Assembly: GCF_009914755.1 (NCBI RefSeq)
Contig: NC_060939.1
Length of the DNA: 64,000 nucleotides
Reading direction: 5' to 3' (one strand)
From: the human T2T-CHM13v2.0 reference genome, Homo sapiens
Numbering within the stretch: position 1 is the stretch's first letter; each line of letters begins with the position of its first letter. Below, piece after piece: positions 26,573-39,490 of the stretch. A program made the position numbers and the translations under genes. A model generated the notes under the pieces. That model was not told the DNA's origin. It did no database searches and worked only from the letters and a program-made list of their open reading frames with translations.

Positions 26573-29500
26573 ACTAGTTTTTATTTGAAGATATTTCCCT
26601 TTTCACCTTAGGCCTAAGAGTGCTCGAAATGTCCATTTCCACATACTCCACAAAGTGTGTTTCAAACGTGCTGTATGAAAGGGAATGTTCAACTCTATCA
26701 GTTGAATGCAAACATCACAAAGAAGACTCTGAGAATGCTTTTGTCTAGATTTTATATGAAGATATTCCCGTGTCTAACGAAATTTTCAAAGGTCTCCAAA
26801 TATCCATTTGTAGATTCTACAAAAAGAGTGTTTCCAAACTGCTGTATCAAAACAAAGGTTGAACTCTGTGAGTTGAGGACACACATCACAAATAAGTTTC
26901 TGAGAATGCTTCTGTCTAGTTTTTATTTGAAGATGTTTCCTTTTTCACCATAGGCCTGAAAGCGCTCGAAATGTCCACTTCCAGATAGTACAGAAAGAGT
27001 GTTTCAAACCTGCTCTATGAACGGGAATGTTCAGCTCTGTGAGTTGAATGCAAACATCACAAAGCAGGTTCTGAGAATGCTTCCGTCTAGATTTTAAATG
27101 AGGATATTCCCGTTTCCAACGAAATCCTCGAAGCTATCCAAATATCCACTTGCAGATTCCACAAAAAGAGTGTTTCAAAACTGCTCTGTCAAAAGATAGG
27201 TTCAACTCTGTTAGTTGAGTACACACATGGCAAACAAGATTCCGAGAATGCTTTCGTCTAGTTTTTTTGGGAAGATATTTCCTTCTTCACCATAGGCCTC
27301 AAAGCGCTCCAAATATCCATTTCCACATGCTATACAAAGAGTGTCTCAAACCTGCTGTATGAATGGGAATGTTCAACTCTATGAGTTGAATGCAAACATC
27401 ACAAAGAAGTTTCTGAGAATGCTGCTGTCTAGATTTTATATGAAGGTTTTCCCGCTTCCAACGAAATTTTCAATGCTCTCAAAATATCCTCTTGTAGATT
27501 CTACAAAAAGAGTGTTTCCAAACTGCTGTATCAAAACAAAGGTTCATCTCTGTTAGTTGAGGACACACATCACAAATAAGTTTCTGAGAATGCTTCTGTC
27601 TAGTTCTTATTTGAAGACATTTCCTTTCTCACCTTAGGCCTGAAAGCGCTCGAAATACCCACTTCCAGATACTACAGAAACAGTGATTCAAACCTGCTCT
27701 ATGAAAGGGAATGTTCAACTAGGTGACTTGAATGCAAACATCACAAAGCAGTTTCTGAGAATGCTGCTGTCTACTTTCTATTTGTAATCCCGTTTCCAAC
27801 GAAATCCTCAGAACTATCGAAATTTCCAATTGCAGATTCCACAGAAACAGGGTTTCAAAGCTGCTCTGTAAAAAGAAAGGTTCAACTCTGTTAGTTGAAT
27901 ACACACGTCACAAACAAGTTTCTGAGAATGCTTCTGTCTAGTTTTTATGGGAAGATATTTCCTTTTTCACCGTAGGCCTCAAAGCGCTCCAAATGTCCAC
28001 TTCCACATACTACAAAAAGAGTGTTTCAAACCTGCTGTATGAAAGGGAATGTTCAACTCTATGAGTTGAATGCAAACATTACAAAGAAGTTTCTGAGAAT
28101 GCTTCTGTCTAGATTTTATATGAAGGTTTTCCCGTTTCCAACGAAATTTTCAATGCTCTCAAAATATCCACTTGTAGATTCTACAAAAAGAGTGTTTCCA
28201 AACTGCTGTGTCAAAAGAAAGGTTCAACTCTGTTAGTTGAGGACACACATCACAAATAAGTTTCTGAGAATGCTTCTGTCTAGTTCTTATTTGAAGACAT
28301 TTCCTTTCTCACCTTAGGCCTGAAAACGCTCGAAATATCCACTTCCAGATACGACAGAAACAGTGATTCAAACCTGCTCTATGAAAGGGAATGTTCAACT
28401 AGGTGACTTGAATGCAAACATCACAAAGCAGTTTCTGAGAATGCTGCTGTCTACTTTCTATTTGTAATCCCGTTTCCAACGAAATCCTCAGAACTATCGA
28501 AATTTCCAATTGCAGATTCCACAAAAAGCGTGTTTCAAAGCTGCTCTGTAAAAAGAAAGGTTCAACTCTGTTAGTTGAATACACACTTCACAAACAAGTT
28601 TCTGAGAATGCTTCTGTCTAGTTTTTATGGGAAGATATTTCCTTTTTCACCGTAGGCCTCAAAGCGCTCCAAATGTCCACTTCCACATACTACAAAAAGA
28701 GTGTTTCAAACCTGCTCTATGATAGGGAATGTTGAAACCTATGAGTTGAATGCAAGCATTACAAAGAGGTTTCTGAGAATGCTTCTGTCTAGATTTTATA
28801 TGTAGATATTCCCGTTTCCAACGAAATCCTCAAAGCTATCCAAATATCAACTTGCAGATTCTACAAAAGGAATGTTTCCAAAATGCTCTATCCAAACAAA
28901 GGTTCAACTCTGTGAATTGAGGGCATACATCACAAAGAAGATTCTGAGAATGCTTCTGTCTAGATTTTATATGAAAATATTCCCGTTTCCAACGAAATCC
29001 TCAAAGCTATCCAAATATCCACTTGCAAATGCCACAAAAAGAGTGTTTCCAAACTGCTCTGTGAAAAGGAAGGTTCAACTCTGTTAGTTGAGTACACACA
29101 TCACAAAGAGGTTTCTGAGAATGCTGCTGACTAGTTTTTATTTGAAGATATTTCCCTTTTCACCTTAGGCCTAAGAGTGCTCGAAATGTCCATTTCCACA
29201 TACTCCACAAAGTGTGTTTCAAACGTGCTGTATGAAAGGGAATGTTCAACTCTATGAGTTGAATGCAAACATCACAAAGAAGATTCTGAGAATGCTTTTG
29301 TCTAGATTTTATATGAAGATATTCCCGTGTCCAACGAAATTTTCAAAGGTCTCCAAATATCCATTTGTAGATTCTACAAAAAGAGTGTTTCCAAACTGCT
29401 GTATCAAAACAAAGGTTGAACTCTGTGAGTTGAGGACACACATCACAAATAAGTTTCTGAGAATGCTTCTGTCTAGTTTTTATTTAAAGATGTTTCCTTT

Positions 29501-31006
29501 TTCACCATAGGCCTGAAAGCGCTCGAAATGTCCACTTCCAGATAGTACAGAAAGAGTGTTTCAAACCTGCTCTATGAACGGGAATGTTCAGCTCTGTGAG
29601 TTGAATGCAAACATCACAAAGCAGGTTCTGAGAATGCTTCCGTCTAGATTTTAAATGAGGATATTCCCGTTTCCAACGAAATCCTCGAAGCTATCCAAAT
29701 ATCCACTTGCAGATTCCACAAAAAGAGTGTTTCAAAACTGCTCTGTCAAAAGATAGGTTCAACTCTGTTAGTTGAGTACACACATGGCAAACAAGATTGC
29801 GAGAATGCTTTCGTCTAGTTTTTTTGGGAAGATATTTCCTTCTTCACCATAGGCCTCAAAGCGCTCCAAATATCCATTTCCACATGCTATACAAAGAGTG
29901 TCTCAAACCTGCTGTATGAATGGGAATGTTCAACTCTATGAGTTGAATGCAAACATCACAAAGAAGTTTCTGAGAATGCTTCTGTCTAGATTTTATATGA
30001 AGGTTTTCCCGCTTCCAACGAAATTTTCAATGCTCTCAAAATATCCTCTTGTAGATTCTACAAAAAGAGTGTTTCCAAACTGCTGTATCAAAACAAAGGT
30101 TCATCTCTGTTAGTTGAGGACACACATCACAAATAAGTTTCTGAGAATGCTTCTGTCTAGTTCTTATTTGAAGACATTTCCTTTCTCACCTTAGGCCTGA
30201 AAGCGCTCGAAATACCCACTTCCAGATACTACAGAAACAGTGATTCAAACCTGCTCTATGAAAGGGAATGTTCAACTATGTGACTTGAATGCAAACATCA
30301 CAAAGCAGTTTCTGAGAATGCTGCTGTCTACTTTCTATTTGTAATCCCGTTTCCAACGAAATCCTCAGAACTATCGAAATTTCCAATTGCAGATTCCACA
30401 GAAACAGGGTTTCAAAGCTGCTCTGTAAAAAGAAAGGTTCAACTCTGTTAGTTGAATACACACGTCACAAACAAGTTTCTGAGAATGCTTCTGTCTAGTT
30501 TTTATGGGAAGATATTTCCTTTTTCACGGTAGGCCTCAAAGCGCTCCAAATGTCCACTTCCACATACTACAAAAAGAGTGTTTCAAACCTGCTCTATGAT
30601 AGGGAATGTTGAAACCTATGAGTTGAATGCAAGCATTACAAAGAGGTTTCTGAGAATGCTTCTGTCTAGATTTTATATGTAGATATTCCCGTTTCCAACG
30701 AAATCCTCAAAGCTATCCAAATATCAACTTGCAGATTCTACAAAAGGAATGTTTCCAAAATGCTGTATCCAAACAAAGGTTCAACTCTGTGAATTGAGGG
30801 CATACATCACAAAGAAGATTCTGAGAATGCTTCTGTCTAGATTTTATATGAAAATATTCCCGTTTCCAACGAAATCCTCAAAGCTATCCAAATATCCACT
30901 TGCAAATGCCACAAAAAGAGTGTTTCCAAACTGCTCTGTGAAAAGGAAGGTTCAACTCTGTTAGTTGAGTACACACATCACAAAGAGGTTTCTGAGAATG
31001 CTGCTG
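26573..31006. repeat. 15-mer (26573-29129) followed by a type-A 11-mer (29130-31006)
   Basis: Marker spacings 2557 and 1877. Confidence 0.93.
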
Positions 31007-33563
31007 ACTAGTTTTTATTTGAAGATATTTCCCTTTTCACCTTAGGCCTAAGAGTGCTCGAAATGTCCATTTCCACATACTCCACAAAGTGTGTTTCAAA
31101 CGTGCTGTATGAAAGGGAATGTTCAACTCTATGAGTTGAATGCAAACATCACAAAGAAGATTCTGAGAATGCTTTTGTCTAGATTTTATATGAAGATATT
31201 CCCGTGTCCAACGAAATTTTCAAAGGTCTCCAAATATCCATTTGTAGATTCTACAAAAAGAGTGTTTCCAAACTGCTGTATCAAAACAAAGGTTGAACTC
31301 TGTGAGTTGAGGACACACATCACAAATAAGTTTCTGAGAATGCTTCTGTCTAGTTTTTATTTGAAGATGTTTCCTTTTTCACCATAGGCCTGAAAGCGCT
31401 CGAAATGTCCACTTCCAGATAGTACAGAAAGAGTGTTTCAAACCTGCTCTATGAACGGGAATGTTCAGCTCTGTGAGTTGAATGCAAACATCACAAAGCA
31501 GGTTCTGAGAATGCTTCCGTCTAGATTTTAAATGAGGATATTCCCGTTTCCAACGAAATCCTCGAAGCTATCCAAATATCCACTTGCAGATTCCACAAAA
31601 AGAGTGTTTCAAAACTGCTCTGTCAAAAGATAGGTTCAACTCTGTTAGTTGAGTACACACATGGCAAACAAGATTCCGAGAATGCTTTCGTCTAGTTTTT
31701 TTGGGAAGATATTTCCTTCTTCACCATAGGCCTCAAAGCGCTCCAAATATCCATTTCCACATGCTATACAAAGAGTGTCTCAAACCTGCTGTATGAATGG
31801 GAATGTTCAACTCTATGAGTTGAATGCAAACATCACAAAGAAGTTTCTGAGAATGCTGCTGTCTAGATTTTATATGAAGGTTTTCCCGCTTCCAACGAAA
31901 TTTTCAATGCTCTCAAAATATCCTCTTGTAGATTCTACAAAAAGAGTGTTTCCAAACTGCTGTATCAAAACAAAGGTTCATCTCTGTTAGTTGAGGACAC
32001 ACATCACAAATAAGTTTCTGAGAATGCTTCTGTCTAGTTCTTATTTGAAGACATTTCCTTTCTCACCTTAGGCCTGAAAACGCTCGAAATATCCACTTCC
32101 AGATACGACAGAAACTGTGATTCAAACCTGCTCTATGAAAGGGAATGTTCAACTAGGTGACTTGAATGCAAACATCACAAAGCAGTTTCTGAGAATGCTG
32201 CTGTCTACTTTCTATTTGTAATCCCGTTTCCAACGAAATCCTCAGAACTATCGAAATTTCCAATTGCAGATTCCACAAAAAGCGTGTTTCAAAGCTGCTC
32301 TGTAAAAAGAAAGGTTCAACTCTGTTAGTTGAATACACACGTCACAAACAAGTTTCTGAGAATGCTTCTGTCTAGTTTTTATGGGAAGATATTTCCTTTT
32401 TCACCGTAGGCCTCAAAGCGCTCCAAATGTCCACTTCCACATACTACAAAAAGAGTGTTTCAAACCTGCTGTATGAAAGGGAATGTTCAACTCTATGAGT
32501 TGAATGCAAACATTACAAAGAAGTTTCTGAGAATGCTTCTGTCTAGATTTTATATGAAGGTTTTCCCGTTTCCAACGAAATTTTCAATGCTCTCAAAATA
32601 TCCACTTGTAGATTCTACAAAAAGAGTGTTTCCAAACTGCTGTGTCAAAAGAAAGGTTCAACTCTGTTAGTTGAGGACACACATCACAAATAAGTTTCTG
32701 AGAATGCTTCTGTCTAGTTCTTATTTGAAGACATTTCCTTTCTCACCTTAGGCTTGAAAACGCTCGAAATATCCACTTCCAGATACGACAGAAACAGTGA
32801 TTCAAACCTGCTCTATGAAAGGGAATGTTCAACTAGGTGACTTGAATGCAAACATCACAAAGCAGTTACTGAGAATGCTGCTGTCTACTTTCTATTTGTA
32901 ATCCCGTTTCCAACGAAATCCTCAGAACTATCGAAATTTCCAATTGCAGATTCCACAAATAGCGTGTTTCAAAGCTGCTCTGTAAAAAGAAAGGTTCAAC
33001 TCTGTTAGTTGAATACACACGTCACAAACAAGTTTCTGAGAATGCTTCTGTCTAGTTTTTATGGGAAGATATTTCCTTTTTCACCGTAGGCCTCAAAGCG
33101 CTCCAAATGTCCACTTCCACATACTACAAAAAGAGTGTTTCAAACCTGCTCTATGATAGGGAATGTTGAAACCTATGAGTTGAATGCAAGCATTACAAAG
33201 AGGTTTCTGAGAATGCTTCTGTCTAGATTTTATATGTAGATATTCCCGTTTCCAACGAAATCTTCAAAGCTATCCAAATATCAACTTGCAGATTCTACAA
33301 AAGGAATGTTTCCAAAATGCTGTATCCAAACAAAGGTTCAACTCTGTGAATTGAGGGCATACATCACAAAGAAGATTCTGAGAATGCTTCTGTCTAGATT
33401 TTATATGAAAATATTCCCGTTTCCAACGAAATCCTCAAAGCTATCCAAATATCCACTTGCAAATGCCACAAAAAGAGTGTTTCCAAACTGCTCTGTGAAA
33501 AGGAAGGTTCAACTCTGTTAGTTGAGTACACACATCACAAAGAGGTTTCTGAGAATGCTGCTG
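31007..33563. repeat. Chimeric 15-mer HOR (first tetramer is h-i'-j'-k)
   Basis: Length 2557, but the first tetramer carries primed alleles GAAAACGC, ATACGAC and AAAAAGCGTG at ~32075-32290. Confidence 0.88.
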
Positions 33564-35419
33564 ACTAGTTTTTATTTGAAGATATTTCCCTTTTCACCTT
33601 AGGCCTAAGAGTGCTCGAAATGTCCATTTCCACATACTCCACAAAGTGTGTTTCAAACGTGCTGTATGAAAGGGAATGTTCAACTCTATGAGTTGAATGC
33701 AAACATCACAAAGAAGATTCTGAGAATGCTTTTGTCTAGATTTTATATGAAGATATTCCCGTGTCCAACGAAATTTTCAAAGGTCTCCAAATAAAGATTG
33801 TTTCCAAACTGCTGTATCAAAACAAAGGTTGAACTCTGTGAGTTGAGGACACACATCACAAATAAGTTTCTGAGAATGCTTCTGTCTAGTTTTTATTTGA
33901 AGATGTTTCCTTTTTCACCATAGGCCTGAAAGCGCTCGAAATGTCCACTTCCAGATAGTACAGAAAGAGTGTTTCAAACCTGCTCTATGAACGGGAATGT
34001 TCAGCTCTGTGAGTTGAATGCAAACATCACAAAGCAGGTTCTGAGAATGCTTCCGTCTAGATTTTAAATGAGGATATTCCCGTTTCCAACGAAATCCTCG
34101 AAGCTATCCAAATATCCACTTGCAGATTCCACAAAAAGAGTGTTTCAAAACTGCTCTGTCAAAAGATAGGTTCAACTCTGTTAGTTGAGTACACACATGG
34201 CAAACAAGATTGCGAGAATGCTTTCGTCTAGTTTTTTTGGGAAGATATTTCCTTCTTCACCATAGGCCTCAAAGCGCTCCAAATATCCATTTCCACATGC
34301 TATACAAAGAGTGTCTCAAACCTGCTGTATGAATGGGAATGTTCAACTCTATGAGTTGAATGCAAACATCACAAAGAAGTTTCTGAGAATGCTGCTGTCT
34401 AGATTTTATATGAAGGTTTTCCCGCTTCCAACGAAATTTTCAATGCTCTCAAAATATCCTCTTGTAGATTCTACAAAAAGAGTGTTTCCAAACTGCTGTA
34501 TCAAAACAAAGGTTCATCTCTGTTAGTTGAGGACACACATCACAAATAAGTTTCTGAGAATGCTTCTGTCTAGTTCTTATTTGAAGACATTTCCTTTCTC
34601 ACCTTAGGCCTGAAAGCGCTCGAAATACCCACTTCCAGATACTACAGAAACAGTGATTCAAACCTGCTCTATGAAAGGGAATGTTCAACTATGTGACTTG
34701 AATGCAAACATCACAAAGCAGTTTCTGAGAATGCTGCTGTCTACTTTCTATTTGTAATCCCGTTTCCAACGAAATCCTCAGAACTATCGAAATTTCCAAT
34801 TGCAGATTCCACAGAAACAGGGTTTCAAAGCTGCTCTGTAAAAAGAAAGGTTCAACTCTGTTAGTTGAATACACACGTCACAAACAAGTTTCTGAGAATG
34901 CTTCTGTCTAGTTTTTATGGGAAGATATTTCCTTTTTCACGGTAGGCCTCAAAGCGCTCCAAATGTCCACTTCCACATACTACAAAAAGAGTGTTTCAAA
35001 CCTGCTCTATGATAGGGAATGTTGAAACCTATGAGTTGAATGCAAGCATTACAAAGAGGTTTCTGAGAATGCTTCTGTCTAGATTTTATATGTAGATATT
35101 CCCGTTTCCAACGAAATCCTCAAAGCTATCCAAATATCAACTTGCAGATTCTACAAAAGGAATGTTTCCAAAATGCTGTATCCAAACAAAGGTTCAACTC
35201 TGTGAATTGAGGGCATACATCACAAAGAAGATTCTGAGAATGCTTCTGTCTAGATTTTATATGAAAATATTCCCGTTTCCAACGAAATCCTCAAAGCTAT
35301 CCAAATATCCACTTGCAAATGCCACAAAAAGAGTGTTTCCAAACTGCTCTGTGAAAAGGAAGGTTCAACTCTGTTAGTTGAGTACACACATCACAAAGAG
35401 GTTTCTGAGAATGCTGCTG
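33564..35419. repeat. 11-mer HOR with 21-bp deletion, 1856 bp
   Basis: CCAAATA|AAGATTGTTTCC at 33793/33794. The 98-aa ORF present in other units is lost. Confidence 0.95.
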
Positions 35420-37634
35420 ACTAGTTTTTATTTGAAGATATTTCCCTTTTCACCTTAGGCCTAAGAGTGCTCGAAATGTCCATTTCCACATACTCCACAA
35501 AGTGTGTTTCAAACGTGCTGTATGAAAGGGAATGTTCAACTCTATGAGTTGAATGCAAACATCACAAAGAAGATTCTGAGAATGCTTTTGTCTAGATTTT
35601 ATATGAAGATATTCCCGTGTCCAACGAAATTTTCAAAGGTCTCCAAATATCCATTTGTAGATTCTACAAAAAGAGTGTTTCCAAACTGCTGTATCAAAAC
35701 AAAGGTTGAACTCTGTGAGTTGAGGACACACATCACAAATAAGTTTCTGAGAATGCTTCTGTCTAGTTTTTATTTGAAGATGTTTCCTTTTTCACCATAG
35801 GCCTGAAAGCGCTCGAAATGTCCACTTCCAGATAGTACAGAAAGAGTGTTTCAAACCTGCTCTATGAACGGGAATGTTCAGCTCTGTGAGTTGAATGCAA
35901 ACATCACAAAGCAGGTTCTGAGAATGCTTCCGTCTAGATTTTAAATGAGGATATTCCCGTTTCCAACGAAATCCTCGAAGCTATCCAAATATCCACTTGC
36001 AGATTCCACAAAAAGAGTGTTTAAAAACTGCTCTGTCAAAAGATAGGTTCAACTCTGTTAGTTGAGTACACACATGGCAAACAAGATTGCGAGAATGCTT
36101 TCGTCTAGTTTTTTTGGGAAGATATTTCCTTCTTCACCATAGGCCTCAAAGCGCTCCAAATATCCATTTCCACATGCTATACAAAGAGTGTCTCAAACCT
36201 GCTGTATGAATGGGAATGTTCAACTCTATGAGTTGAATGCAAACATCACAAAGCAGTTTCTGAGAATGCTGCTGTCTACTTTCTATTTGTAATCCCGTTT
36301 CCAACGAAATCCTCAGAACTATCGAAATTTCCAATTGCAGATTCCACAAAAAGCGTGTTTCAAAGCTGCTCTGTAAAAAGAAAGGTTCAACTCTGTTAGT
36401 TGAATACACACGTCACAAACAAGTTTCTGAGAATGCTTCTGTCTAGTTTTTATGGGAAGATATTTCCTTTTTCACCGTAGGCCTCAAAGCGCTCCAAATG
36501 TCCACTTCCACATACTACAAAAAGAGTGTTTCAAACCTGCTGTATGAAAGGGAATGTTCAACTCTATGAGTTGAATGCAAACATTACAAAGAAGTTTCTG
36601 AGAATGCTTCTGTCTAGATTTTATATGAAGGTTTTCCCGTTTCCAACGAAATTTTCAATGCTCTCAAAACATCCACTTGTAGATTCTACAAAAAGAGTGT
36701 TTCCAAACTGCTGTGTCAAAAGAAAGGTTCAACTCTGTTAGTTGAGGACACACATCACAAATAAGTTTCTGAGAATGCTTCTGTCTAGTTCTTATTTGAA
36801 GACATTTCCTTTCTCACCTTAGGCTTGAAAACGCTCGAAATATCCACTTCCAGATACGACAGAAACAGTGATTCAAACCTGCTCTATGAAAGGGAATGTT
36901 CAACTAGGTGACTTGAATGCAAACATCACAAAGCAGTTTCTGAGAATGCTGCTGTCTACTTTCTATTTGTAATCCCGTTTCCAACGAAATCCTCAGAACT
37001 ATCGAAATTTCCAATTGCAGATTCCACAAAAAGCGTGTTTCAAAGCTGCTCTGTAAAAAGAAAGGTTCAACTCTGTTAGTTGGATACACACGTCACAAAC
37101 AAGTTTCTGAGAATGCTTCTGTCTAGTTTTTATGGGAAGATATTTCCTTTTTCACCGTAGGCCTCAAAGCGCTCCAAATGTCCACTTCCACATACTACAA
37201 AAAGAGTGTTTCAAACCTGCTCTATGATAGGGAATGTTGAAACCTATGAGTTGAATGCAAGCATTACAAAGAGGTTTCTGAGAATGCTTCTGTCTAGATT
37301 TTATATGTAGATATTCCCGTTTCCAACGAAATCTTCAAAGCTATCCAAATATCAACTTGCAGATTCTACAAAAGGAATGTTTCCAAAATGCTGTATCCAA
37401 ACAAAGGTTCAACTCTGTGAATTGAGGGCATACATCACAAAGAAGATTCTGAGAATGCTTCTGTCTAGATTTTATATAAAAATATTCCCGTTTCCAACGA
37501 AATCCTCAAAGCTATCCAAATATCCACTTGCAAATGCCACAAAAAGAGTGTTTCCAAACTGCTCTGTGAAAAGGAAGGTTCAACTCTGTTAGTTGAGTAC
37601 ACACATCACAAAGAGGTTTCTGAGAATGCTGCTG
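35420..37634. repeat. 13-mer HOR, 2215 bp (15-mer lacking two monomers)
   Basis: 11x171+2x167=2215. Monomer g joins directly to a j'-type monomer at ~36230-36255. Confidence 0.92.
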
Positions 37635-39490
37635 ACTAGTTTTTATTTGAAGATATTTCCCTTTTCACCTTAGGCCTAAGAGTGCTCGAAATGTCCATTT
37701 CCACATACTCCACAAAGTGTGTTTCAAACGTGCTGTATGAAAGGGAATGTTCAACTCTATGAGTTGAATGCAAACATCACAAAGAAGATTCTGAGAATGC
37801 TTTTGTCTAGATTTTATATGAAGATATTCCCGTGTCCAACGAAATTTTCAAAGGTCTCCAAATAAAGATTGTTTCCAAACTGCTGTATCAAAACAAAGGT
37901 TGAACTCTGTGAGTTGAGGACACACATCACAAATAAGTTTCTGAGAATGCTTCTGTCTAGTTTTTATTTGAAGATGTTTCCTTTTTCACCATAGGCCTGA
38001 AAGCGCTCGAAATGTCCACTTCCAGATAGTACAGAAAGAGTGTTTCAAACCTGCTCTATGAACGGGAATGTTCAGCTCTGTGAGTTGAATGCAAACATCA
38101 CAAAGCAGGTTCTGAGAATGCTTCCGTCTAGATTTTAAATGAGGATATTCCCGTTTCCAACGAAATCCTCGAAGCTATCCAAATATCCACTTGCAGATTC
38201 CACAAAAAGAGTGTTTCAAAACTGCTCTGTCAAAAGATAGGTTCAACTCTGTTAGTTGAGTACACACATGGCAAACAAGATTGCGAGAATGCTTTCGTCT
38301 AGTTTTTTTGGGAAGATATTTCCTTCTTCACCATAGGCCTCAAAGCGCTCCAAATATCCATTTCCACATGCTATACAAAGAGTGTCTCAAACCTGCTGTA
38401 TGAATGGGAATGTTCAACTCTATGAGTTGAATGCAAACATCACAAAGAAGTTTCTGAGAATGCTGCTGTCTAGATTTTATATGAAGGTTTTCCCGCTTCC
38501 AACGAAATTTTCAATGCTCTCAAAATATCCTCTTGTAGATTCTACAAAAAGAGTGTTTCCAAACTGCTGTATCAAAACAAAGGTTCATCTCTGTTAGTTG
38601 AGGACACACATCACAAATAAGTTTCTGAGAATGCTTCTGTCTAGTTCTTATTTGAAGACATTTCCTTTCTCACCTTAGGCCTGAAAGCGCTCGAAATACC
38701 CACTTCCAGATACTACAGAAACAGTGATTCAAACCTGCTCTATGAAAGGGAATGTTCAACTATGTGACTTGAATGCAAACATCACAAAGCAGTTTCTGAG
38801 AATGCTGCTGTCTACTTTCTATTTGTAATCCCGTTTCCAACGAAATCCTCAGAACTATCGAAATTTCCAATTGCAGATTCCACAGAAACAGGGTTTCAAA
38901 GCTGCTCTGTAAAAAGAAAGGTTCAACTCTGTTAGTTGAATACACACGTCACAAACAAGTTTCTGAGAATGCTTCTGTCTAGTTTTTATGGGAAGATATT
39001 TCCTTTTTCACGGTAGGCCTCAAAGCGCTCCAAATGTCCACTTCCACATACTACAAAAAGAGTGTTTCAAACCTGCTCTATGATAGGGAATGTTGAAACC
39101 TATGAGTTGAATGCAAGCATTACAAAGAGGTTTCTGAGAATGCTTCTGTCTAGATTTTATATGTAGATATTCCCGTTTCCAACGAAATCCTCAAAGCTAT
39201 CCAAATATCAACTTGCAGATTCTACAAAAGGAATGTTTCCAAAATGCTGTATCCAAACAAAGGTTCAACTCTGTGAATTGAGGGCATACATCACAAAGAA
39301 GATTCTGAGAATGCTTCTGTCTAGATTTTATATGAAAATATTCCCGTTTCCAACGAAATCCTCAAAGCTATCCAAATATCCACTTGCAAATGCCACAAAA
39401 AGAGTGTTTCCAAACTGCTCTGTGAAAAGGAAGGTTCAACTCTGTTAGTTGAGTACACACATCACAAAGAGGTTTCTGAGAATGCTGCTG
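37635..39490. repeat. 11-mer HOR with 21-bp deletion, 1856 bp
   Basis: Same deletion junction at 37864/37865. Confidence 0.95.

Noticed and set aside
36146-36409. Unique 87-aa ORF on the - strand
   Set aside because: It is read-through created by the 13-mer g/j' junction and has no coding evidence.
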